A DNA stretch of 64,000 nucleotides from an uncultured Gammaproteobacteria bacterium. Lineage in GTDB: Bacteria > Patescibacteriota > Patescibacteriia > Magasanikbacterales > GCA-002688135. Below are positions 30,384 through 37,210 of this stretch, one piece after another; within the stretch, counting starts at the first letter, position 1, and each line of letters begins with the position of its first letter. Position numbers and translations under genes: made by a program. The DNA lies in the NCBI GenBank assembly GCA_964536205.1, contig CAZHVT010000004.1, positions 17,960-81,959 on the forward strand, written 5' to 3'. Under the pieces are notes generated by a model, which did no database searches, was not told where the DNA came from, and saw only the letters and a list, made by a program, of their open reading frames with translations.

Positions 30384-30572
30384 ATGGAGAGTTTTCTGGG
30401 CAATGTCTGGGCGCTAGTCTGCCTTTGGGCTGGTCTGTGCATCTTCTATGCCATGATCAGCGCAGTCGTGATGTTCAAATACTCGGCGTGGGACATGTTC
30501 TTGCTGCCATTCAAGGCGATCATCATGCTGTGCAAAGGTCTCGGGAAACTCGTTCCCAGGACGTTCACCTAA
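30384..30572 (+). CDS. hypothetical 62-aa two-TM peptide
   Basis: RBS AGGAGGAGAG sits directly before ATG 30384. The upstream in-frame Met in the track lacks an RBS. Confidence 0.45.
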   Translation: MESFLGNVWALVCLWAGLCIFYAMISAVVMFKYSAWDMFLLPFKAIIMLCKGLGKLVPRTFT

Positions 30573-30617
30573 GAAGGGTGAGATCAAGAGTCAGGTGAAA
30601 ACACAATAAAAGGAGAA

Positions 30618-30683
30618 ATGATGGGAATCGAACTCATTCTGGGTCAGGCGCTTGTCTGCATCATGTACGCAGCTTTCCGCTAG
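30618..30683 (+). CDS. candidate 21-aa hydrophobic peptide (MMGIELILGQALVCIMYAAFR)
   Basis: RBS AAAAGGAGAA. Followed immediately by paired-hairpin module T1. Confidence 0.3.
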   Translation: MMGIELILGQALVCIMYAAFR

Positions 30684-30697
30684 GAGAGGTGTGTATC

Positions 30698-30750
30698 CGA
30701 GGATCTACGGATCCTCACAACGCAGCCGCGAACCAACATGGTTCGCGGCT
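30698..30750 (+). repeat. paired-hairpin module T1 (GAGGATC-tacg-GATCCTC, then CCGCGAACC-aacat-GGTTCGCGG)
   Basis: Two adjacent perfect stems. About 85% identical to T2 at 30966-31014. Confidence 0.6.
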
Positions 30751-30846
30751 CCAACTCGATCTCTGAGCACAGTATTCGTTCAGACTCGTGAGGAGATCTA
30801 CTGGTTACACCTAACCCCGGGTGGAAAGAAATGGGGAGGAGAGAGA

Positions 30847-30948
30847 ATGGACTGGCCAGGGATTCATCGAGACATGACGATTACAGCGATTTCGCTGGTA
30901 ACAATCATCTTTCTGTTCTGGGCATGCAGCGGCTCAAGCCTCTGCTAG
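30847..30948 (+). CDS. candidate 33-aa hydrophobic peptide (MDWPGIHRDMTITAISLVTIIFLFWACSGSSLC)
   Basis: Leader L2 (30787 CGTGAGGAG...ACCCCGGGTGGAAAGAAATGGGG), RBS GGAGGAGAGAG, followed by module T2. Confidence 0.35.
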   Translation: MDWPGIHRDMTITAISLVTIIFLFWACSGSSLC

Positions 30949-30965
30949 AAATTAACAACACATAT

Positions 30966-31014
30966 CGAGGGTCTACGGATCCTCGCGCAGTCCCGAACCA
31001 ACGCGGTTCGGGGC
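30966..31014 (+). repeat. paired-hairpin module T2
   Basis: GAGGGTC-tacg-GATCCTC, then CCCGAACC-aacgc-GGTTCGGGG. Confidence 0.6.
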
Positions 31015-31109
31015 TCCAAATCGGAAAGATTAATGAAAATTAAGCATCCGTGAGGAGTTACAAATAAAAGCCCTGACCCGGGGTAAAAGAAATGGGTTTT
31101 AGGAGGCAC

Positions 31110-31490
31110 ATGATCTTTTGGATCAGTCGTCACGAGCTGTCCCCGGCGCAGACCAAGGCTATCTTGGATCTGCACGGAGACGTTGAGGTAAAGCGACAGG
31201 AAGTCGTTTTCGATGAGGTGGGTGGTTTGAAATCGCTCATCGAGTCGGTAGATGAAGGAGACTTCGTCTACGCCGTGGCCGGTGCGCCGCACTACTTGGC
31301 AGCCGCTTTGAGTGGTTGTGAGTTCGGTGTTTTTCTCAATCACCCGGGTCGGCGTGCCAATGGCACGTTCGGTCTTCATTGCGTATTTCACGTGGTCGGT
31401 GGAGAGCTGGTAAAGGTCTGGGAAAACCCAGATCCGAACAGCGATGAGGGAGAGCGTCTCGATGTCACAGTCGAGCGTCCCATTCTTTAA
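31110..31490 (+). CDS. hypothetical 126-aa soluble protein (last island gene)
   Basis: Leader L3 (31049 CGTGAGGAG...GACCCGGGGTAAAAGAAATGGG), RBS AGGAGG. The ATG inside AAAGAAATGGG (31092) is in frame and is an alternative start. Confidence 0.45.
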   Translation: MIFWISRHELSPAQTKAILDLHGDVEVKRQEVVFDEVGGLKSLIESVDEGDFVYAVAGAPHYLAAALSGCEFGVFLNHPGRRANGTFGLHCVFHVVGGELVKVWENPDPNSDEGERLDVTVERPIL

Positions 31491-31568
31491 ACCAGAGGGC
31501 GTGCTATGGCACGTCACTCCAACTAAAATTTCAATGTATTGAAGTTTTTGAGGAGAAATGGGAAGAGC

Positions 31569-31596
31569 AAAAAACCGGCATTGTGCCGGTTTTTTG
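31569..31596. terminator. bidirectional terminator between the island and tRNA
   Basis: AAAAACCGGCA-ttgt-GCCGGTTTTTT. Confidence 0.6.
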
Positions 31597-31616
31597 TTTG
31601 CAGAAAAGCTTCTGAC

Positions 31617-31690
31617 TACCAGGGGGGAGAATTGAACTCCCGACCTCAGGCTTATGAGTCCTGCGCTCTAACCTTCTGAGCTACCCTGGT
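31617..31690 (-). tRNA. tRNA with anticodon CAU (elongator Met or Ile2-type)
   Basis: Minus-strand cloverleaf ACCAGGG-TA-GCTCAGAAGGTTAGAGC-G-CAGGA-CTCATAA-GCCTG-AGGTC-GGGAG-TTCAATT-CTCCC-CCCTGGT-A. CCA not encoded. Confidence 0.75.
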
Positions 31691-31746
31691 AGTCAATAGC
31701 TTTATGATTGCTAACGGCGATAGTATAAGAGAAATTGAAATGATCG

Positions 31747-32697
31747 TCAATGTAATGTCATGAGGACAATTTCAGGAGGATTAAACAGGCGTGCGCGAGG
31801 TCCAGATTCTCCTAAACCAGCCGTTACATACAATGTTGTCTCTCCAAATTTAGATGCACCTTTAAATGTATCTCTTGGTAGCTGTGTAGGGCCTGGTTTA
31901 GCAAGTGGACCAATTCCAGGCAAGCGAATCTGCCCGCCGTGCGTATGTCCAGAAACTACCATATCAACTTTGTCTTGCGCATCCAAAATTAAATCCGGAT
32001 TATGACTGATTACAATTGTACGTGCAGATCGATCAGGCAACTCTATCGAATCAAAATCATCAGCCTCACTCCAGATATCTTGTGCACCAACAATATACAA
32101 AGGATCCTCATCAAAAAACTTTGCAACAGCGTCCTCTAATCCTAGTATTCCTAAATCTTGCAAAACCGTTCGCACGTCGTCTGCCTCTTCATAATCCGGA
32201 ATATGTTTTCCGGGAATACCAACTCGAAAAGCATGATTTCCCAAAACAGCAACGGTCGGCGCAATCAAAGGCAATTCACCATACGGCTCAAAATGATAAC
32301 GCGCTTCATTCGCATGATCTCCCAAGAAATAATCACCAGCCATTAAAATTAAATCTGGCTCAATCTCTGCAATCTTGTTCACGACACGAGTAGAAAAATC
32401 TCTTTTCTTGTATGGACCAACATGAATATCAGAAATCAACACAACTTTCTTTGGGGACTTCAGAGCCTTTTCAGCAGGGAAGGAATAATCATATTCACGC
32501 ACAACCAACATCCGAGATTCAATAAAACTACCATAAATTAAAATCAATCCTGGAATCAACACAATCACAGCGAGCAGCCAGCACGGATACGGTTTTTTCG
32601 ACTTACAAGAATGATGATGCAAAAAATATCCTGTCAGCCAAAAGGACAGGACAATACCTCCGAGAATAAAAAAGTCGAAAAAGAGTACTTGAAACAT
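31747..32697 (-). CDS. membrane-anchored calcineurin-like metallophosphoesterase
   Basis: N-terminal TM helices, then the motifs LISDIHVG, MAGDYF, GNHA and GHTHGGQ. Confidence 0.8.
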   Translation of the reverse strand: MFQVLFFDFFILGGIVLSFWLTGYFLHHHSCKSKKPYPCWLLAVIVLIPGLILIYGSFIESRMLVVREYDYSFPAEKALKSPKKVVLISDIHVGPYKKRDFSTRVVNKIAEIEPDLILMAGDYFLGDHANEARYHFEPYGELPLIAPTVAVLGNHAFRVGIPGKHIPDYEEADDVRTVLQDLGILGLEDAVAKFFDEDPLYIVGAQDIWSEADDFDSIELPDRSARTIVISHNPDLILDAQDKVDMVVSGHTHGGQIRLPGIGPLAKPGPTQLPRDTFKGASKFGETTLYVTAGLGESGPRARLFNPPEIVLMTLH

Positions 32698-32734
32698 GAA
32701 GGTATGATAATTGAAATCAGTAAATTGTTCAAAT

Positions 32735-32767
32735 AAAAAACCGAATCATGAGATTCGATTTTTTATT
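32735..32767 (-). terminator. terminator downstream of the tRNA pair
   Basis: AACCGAATC-atga-GATTCGATT, then TTTT. Confidence 0.45.
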
Positions 32768-32838
32768 GCGGGGGTCGGACTCGAACCGGCGACCTGCAGG
32801 TTATGGGCCTGCCGAGCTGCCAACTGCTCTACCCCGCG
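32766..32838 (-). tRNA. tRNA with anticodon CAU and initiator-like features (C1.A72 mismatch, A11:U24)
   Basis: CGCGGGG-TA-GAGC-AGTTGGCA-GCTC-G-GCAGG-CCCATAA-CCTGC-AGGTC-GCCGG-TTCGAGT-CCGAC-CCCCGCA-A. One T-stem mismatch. CCA not encoded. Confidence 0.65.
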
Positions 32839-32902
32839 GAAAAAATCTGAAAACAGAATCTTTCCGCGAAATACAGATCCGTTGATGCTATATACGTAGT
32901 TG

Positions 32903-32989
32903 TGGTACCGGGAGAGAGACTTGAACTCTCACGAGCTTGCGCTCATTGGATTTTGAGTCCAACGCGTCTACCAGTTCCGCCATCCCGGC
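32903..32989 (-). tRNA. tRNA-Leu (anticodon CAA), class II with long variable arm, CCA encoded
   Basis: GCCGGGA-TG-GCGG-AACTGGTAGA-CGCG-TTGGA-CTCAAAA-TCCAA-(long variable arm)-GAGAG-TTCAAGT-CTCTC-TCCCGGT-ACCA. Confidence 0.8.
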
Positions 32990-33178
32990 CTACAGACTTA
33001 CAGTTTGATCAGATGGGCGAGCTATACCTATCTTCCCTCGTTGAATACGACTCATTTCGTCACTCAATCCAGATAGGCATATCTCATCCCATCTGATACA
33101 AGCTGTATCTCGTTTGTGAGCGTCGAAACTATTCCCACCAATCTGTTACGCGCATAAGTATAACTTGAGCGGTAATTA

Positions 33179-33208
33179 TTGTCAATAAAGTTGGGTTTCG
33201 TGTATAAT
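33179..33208 (+). promoter_or_regulatory. sigma70-type promoter for parA
   Basis: TTGTCA, 18 nt, TATAAT, ending 12 nt before the parA start. Confidence 0.45.
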
Positions 33209-33219
33209 GAAGTCAAGGT

Positions 33220-33990
33220 ATGTCACGAATCATTTCTGTCGTCAATCAGAAGGGGGGCGTTGGTAAGACAACAACATCCATTAATGTGGGTGCGTTTTTG
33301 GCAAACATGGGGAAATCTGTGTTATTGGTGGATTTGGATCCGCAGGCTAATGCAAGCGCAGGGCTTGGTATCAATCACAAAGAATTGGAGTTGGGTATTT
33401 ATCATTGTTTGATTGGTGAGGCTCGGATGCCGGAAATTATCAGAAATACATCTATCCAGGGATATCGCGTGGCACCATCTACACCAGATTTGGCAGGAGC
33501 TTCGGTAGAATTAGTAAATGCAGATCGTCGAGAATATCGTCTGGCCGATGCAATTGATGAGGTGAAACATGGATATGATTATATTATTATCGATTGTCCG
33601 CCGTCACTTGGATTGCTTACCATCAACGGCTTGATTGCGTCAGATGAGGTTTTAATTCCAGTACAAGCAGAATATTATGCGTTGGAAGGGTTGGGGCAAC
33701 TCATGAATACCATCAAACTTGTTAAAGAACACATCAAGCCAGAATTAAAGATTTTAGGCACAGCCCTCACTATGTTTGATAAACGAAATAAATTATCCAC
33801 AGAGGTGATGCATGAATTATATAAATTTTTCCCAGACAAAATTTTCAGATCGGTTATTCCAAGAACTGTCCGTCTCGCCGAAGCTCCAAGTTTCGGACAA
33901 TCAATTTTGGAATACGACCCGCGGTCAAAAGCGTCAAACGCATATCAACGCCTAGCAAAAGAAATCGTAGAAACCCAAAGGTGGGAATAA
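33220..33990 (+). CDS. parA: chromosome partitioning ATPase ParA/Soj
   Basis: Deviant Walker A KGGVGKTT. 256 aa. Confidence 0.9.
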   Translation: MSRIISVVNQKGGVGKTTTSINVGAFLANMGKSVLLVDLDPQANASAGLGINHKELELGIYHCLIGEARMPEIIRNTSIQGYRVAPSTPDLAGASVELVNADRREYRLADAIDEVKHGYDYIIIDCPPSLGLLTINGLIASDEVLIPVQAEYYALEGLGQLMNTIKLVKEHIKPELKILGTALTMFDKRNKLSTEVMHELYKFFPDKIFRSVIPRTVRLAEAPSFGQSILEYDPRSKASNAYQRLAKEIVETQRWE

Positions 33991-34139
33991 CCGCAAAGCG
34001 GAATGACCAAAAAACAAATAACAATGTTCAAACAAATCTCAAGCTCCAAAAAACGATATGTGTAATTTGAACATTAGAATTTGAATATTGTTTATTATTT
34101 GGAATTTGGTACTTGTAATTTATTGACAACGTCAATTAT

Positions 34140-35009
34140 ATGGCATTAGGAAAAGGATTGAACGCACTTATTGGATCAAAGACATCCGGAAGCAAAAAGG
34201 CTTCAAAAAAACCGACGACCAAGGTTGAAGAAAAACAGTCGGTACAAGAGGGGAGTCTTATGATTCCTGTCTCGCAGATTCATGCAAACCCAGATCAGCC
34301 GCGTAAACAGTTCGGCATAGATGAATTACAAGATTTAGTACAATCAATTGAAAAGCATGGAATTTTGCAACCGCTTGTTGTGAAAGAGGAAGAGGATGGG
34401 ATGTATCAAATTATCGCAGGAGAGAGACGTTTTCGTGCATCACAGATGATCGGTATGACACGAGTGCCATGTACAGTAAAACCGGTTGATAAAAAACAGG
34501 AGCTAGAAATTTCTCTCGTTGAGAACATTCAGAGAAAAAATTTGAATCCACTTGAAGAAGCTTTTGCATATCAACGATTAACAGACGAATTTGGAATGAC
34601 GCAGGCAGAGGTTGGATCGCAGGTTGGTAAAAGTAGATCGTATGTTGCAAATACAATTCGATTGTTAGATTTGCCACAGGATGTTCAAAAAGGATTGAGT
34701 GAAGGAAAAATTTCACATACAAAGGCGCGCGCATTGTTAGGCTTGCCAACTATCAGACAACAACTAAAAGCGTTCTACGATATTGCAGGGGATAAGCAAA
34801 TTTCAACACGCGCAACAGAACAGATGGTACGAAAGCATCGAACAAAACTGGGGCGACGAGATCCATTACTAAACGCACTTGAAGAACGTCTCCGTGAAAA
34901 ATTGGGCACGAAAGTGTATGTGACAAATACAAAAGGAAAGGGAAGTGTGAAGATTGATTTCTTTTCAGATGAGGAGATGAATGGGGTTGTGCAGAAGATT
35001 TTGGGGTAG
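34140..35009 (+). CDS. parB: chromosome partitioning protein ParB/Spo0J
   Basis: ParB box GILQPLVV...IIAGERRFRAS, HTH, C-terminal dimerisation region. Confidence 0.9.
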   Translation: MALGKGLNALIGSKTSGSKKASKKPTTKVEEKQSVQEGSLMIPVSQIHANPDQPRKQFGIDELQDLVQSIEKHGILQPLVVKEEEDGMYQIIAGERRFRASQMIGMTRVPCTVKPVDKKQELEISLVENIQRKNLNPLEEAFAYQRLTDEFGMTQAEVGSQVGKSRSYVANTIRLLDLPQDVQKGLSEGKISHTKARALLGLPTIRQQLKAFYDIAGDKQISTRATEQMVRKHRTKLGRRDPLLNALEERLREKLGTKVYVTNTKGKGSVKIDFFSDEEMNGVVQKILG

Positions 35010-35027
35010 GTTGAGATTGAAATTCAA

Positions 35028-35050
35028 AGAGCGGTTAAGCCGCTTTTTTG
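35028..35050 (+). terminator. terminator after parB
   Basis: AGCGG-ttaa-GCCGCT-TTTTTG. Confidence 0.5.
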
Positions 35051-35193
35051 GTTTGCGATGTGCCTCGCCTCTTCAGCCAGGTACATGCGTAGTTTCTAAA
35101 AAAGCGTGTAGCACGTCATTCAAGCTTTCTACATAAGCCTGCTGGGCTTTGATGCATTGTAAACGATCACGAAATCGAAGATTTCTGTCGTTA

Positions 35194-35249
35194 ACAAAAA
35201 AAGACTTCGATATATTCCTCAACCGTAGTTGATAAAAATATCGAAGTCT
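35194..35249 (-). terminator. terminator for the GC-rich minus-strand gene
   Basis: AGACTTCGATAT...ATATCGAAGTCT 12-bp stem, followed on the minus strand by T7. Confidence 0.5.
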
Positions 35250-35260
35250 GGGGGGGTGGA

Positions 35261-36883
35261 CTAGCGACTACCCAATCCGGAAAGGAATGAGCTGTGTGGC
35301 ACAGGGCCATCCGGTCGCGGCGGGTTCATGACATCGTCACAGCGCTTCAGGCTGTGGCGAAACATCTTTGTGGAGCATGCAACACCAGCGCATACGCCAT
35401 CAGCGATGCATTCGGGAGCCATTCGTCGGCTGTCGAATGCGATCAGAACCAGGTCCTTCAGCTCCTCCCACGGAATCGTGGTTGGCTTGATGTTCAATGC
35501 AGAGCGCGTACCGTTGGCAAGCAGTGGTATGCGCGCATCGTAGAACCAGTTTTCAGCACCCGGAATCTGACCTTCAGCAATCAGCTGATGCTTGTTGTAG
35601 CCGTAGAGAGTCGTCGTTCCATGTCGACGTTCAGCCATGCGGATCATCCGCGTAAGCTGATCGAGATAGGTTTTACGATTCGTATCGCTGTTGATCCGGC
35701 CGACGTTGAGCTTCTTGAGAACGCGGAAATTCGTCAAAATCACGACATGACCAGTCTCCGGATTTCGGATGACAATGATCGCAGCTTGATCGAACTTCCT
35801 TGCGCATCGGTCGAGACCGAACGTTGTCGTTTCGAGAAATACGATCTTCATGGTCTTGCGACCTACAGGAATGTCGACGAGTTCTTTGTTCGCGTCATAC
35901 TCAGCGCGGCCAACCGTGAAGAAGTGCTGTTGCTCAACATGCTTCATGATGACGAGCATCTGCATCTGAACAGGTCGATCGGTACGCCACAAATCACTAT
36001 GCTCCGACAGACTGCCAGGTTCGGCAAACATCAGTCGGGGAAACATCGCGAACTCGTAAAGCTCGATCTTGTTCTCTCGGACTCTCTGCTCGAGATGCCG
36101 ACAGTACGTGAGCAGCTGCTCCATGGCCGGATTGCTTTTGCAATCCAACTCTTGCGCCAGCGCATCGGGAGTTGCAGAGTAGAACGTCTGACCTTCCTCT
36201 CCGAACTGCTCCTTCATGAACTGCATCACCACCTCATATACAGAAGTGGGGTGAGCAAGGTCTGCTGGGGCAACATGTGCCGGCCAACGCATGCGTCCGA
36301 TCACGAGCTTCTCGAGGAAGTCATAGATCGGGTCATCAGGCGTATTGATGTTCTGCATCATCCGCACGAGCTGTGAAAGCTCGAGTGGTCCGCAGTACAT
36401 GCGCTTGTGGCGTGCATCTTCTTCGTCGACGTACTCCACAAAATCCTCGAGCTGCGCAGGAAGATTATCGCCAAGCGCATCGGCAATCAGCCGAATGCTA
36501 GAGGTGTTGACCTCACGTCCGAGTTCCGGATCCGGATGCTCGTCGAATCGACCACCACCAGTACCCACGAACAGAATCCCGCAATGTTCCTCGAGCTCAT
36601 CGGCAGTCAAATTGCAGATCCGAATATCATCGAATTTCGGATACACACCCAGGTCATTGCGCCCGGCGTCCGCATCTTTCCAGTCGCAGTAACCCTGCTC
36701 CTCGAGCAGATCTCGAATCTCCGGATTGTCCCAACTCAATGTGCCAGTAGCATCAATGAGATGATGAGGAGTGGTAAGATCCACACCCATGCTTTCGCCA
36801 AAGTGACGAAGCAAGATCAGAGCACAAAGCTCATCCAGATGTGGCTGTCGATGCATCACAATTACTCGTTTATCATTTTTCAA
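35261..36883 (-). CDS. GC-rich 540-aa protein; N-terminal motifs resemble MYG1/UPF0160 metal-dependent hydrolases (tentative)
   Basis: VIVMHRQPHLDELCALILL and ILFVGTGGGRFDEH resemble the H-x-x-H-x-DE...VGG...DHH signature. About 58% GC against an AT-rich genome. Long antisense ORFs are composition artefacts. Confidence 0.4.
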   Translation of the reverse strand: MKNDKRVIVMHRQPHLDELCALILLRHFGESMGVDLTTPHHLIDATGTLSWDNPEIRDLLEEQGYCDWKDADAGRNDLGVYPKFDDIRICNLTADELEEHCGILFVGTGGGRFDEHPDPELGREVNTSSIRLIADALGDNLPAQLEDFVEYVDEEDARHKRMYCGPLELSQLVRMMQNINTPDDPIYDFLEKLVIGRMRWPAHVAPADLAHPTSVYEVVMQFMKEQFGEEGQTFYSATPDALAQELDCKSNPAMEQLLTYCRHLEQRVRENKIELYEFAMFPRLMFAEPGSLSEHSDLWRTDRPVQMQMLVIMKHVEQQHFFTVGRAEYDANKELVDIPVGRKTMKIVFLETTTFGLDRCARKFDQAAIIVIRNPETGHVVILTNFRVLKKLNVGRINSDTNRKTYLDQLTRMIRMAERRHGTTTLYGYNKHQLIAEGQIPGAENWFYDARIPLLANGTRSALNIKPTTIPWEELKDLVLIAFDSRRMAPECIADGVCAGVACSTKMFRHSLKRCDDVMNPPRPDGPVPHSSFLSGLGSR

Positions 36884-36937
36884 TGAAACCTCCTATGAAA
36901 TTTAGTTTACTTTTTGTTTTGATGAAAGATCGTTCGA

Positions 36938-36956
36938 AGATGACACAATGTCATCT
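36938..36956. promoter_or_regulatory. perfect palindrome AGATGACA-caa-TGTCATCT about 55 nt upstream of the 35261..36883 gene; candidate operator
   Basis: 8-bp inverted repeat in the AT-rich upstream region of a GC-rich gene. Confidence 0.35.
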
Positions 36957-37124
36957 CCACACAACTATCCTCAAAAACAAATCTGATATAACATTATTTT
37001 ACACTAAATTAACCAAAAATAATACCACAAAAACAGCCTTTTGTCAACCCCTACGAACATCTTGTTGCTCTACTAAAATAAGTGGTATTTATGGCATTTT
37101 ATGGGTAAGTGAGAGGTATCGAGA

Positions 37125-37210
37125 AAGCGAAGAATCTAAAAAACAAGAAATCAAAAAAGCAGCAGAGCCACTTTCGATTTCTAGCTTTCTAGTTTTCTGG
37201 TTTTTTCGAA
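37125..37210. repeat. word-built imperfect palindrome (AAATC/GATTT, CTAG words) immediately downstream of relA
   Basis: CGAAGAATCTAAAAAACAAGAAATCAAAAAAGC...GATTTCTAGCTTTCTAGTTTTCTGGTTTTTTCG. Confidence 0.55.

Noticed and set aside
31381-31396. parS-like TTTCACGTG inside the island
   Set aside because: Only 9 of 16 positions of the parS consensus match, and it is not palindromic. Most likely chance.
29269-31517. Long minus-strand ORFs (29269..29688, 29991..30359, 30945..31517) and alternative plus-frame ORFs in the GC-rich island
   Set aside because: High GC suppresses stop codons on all frames. These ORFs lack RBSs. The plus-strand small genes have consistent AGGAGG RBSs and terminator modules, so the antisense ORFs are judged spurious.
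32990-33178. Imperfect long inverted repeat CAGATGGGCGAG...CCCATCTG upstream of the tRNA-Leu gene
   Set aside because: The arms match only at their ends (about 9 nt) with a poorly matching interior. It may contain the tRNA operon promoter but is not convincing as a discrete element.
35294-36886. Plus-strand ORFs 35294..36376 (360 aa), 36345..36692 and 36407..36886 antisense to the GC-rich 540-aa gene
   Set aside because: Same GC-driven artefact. The minus-strand ORF is longer, and has a start context, a downstream terminator and recognisable motifs.
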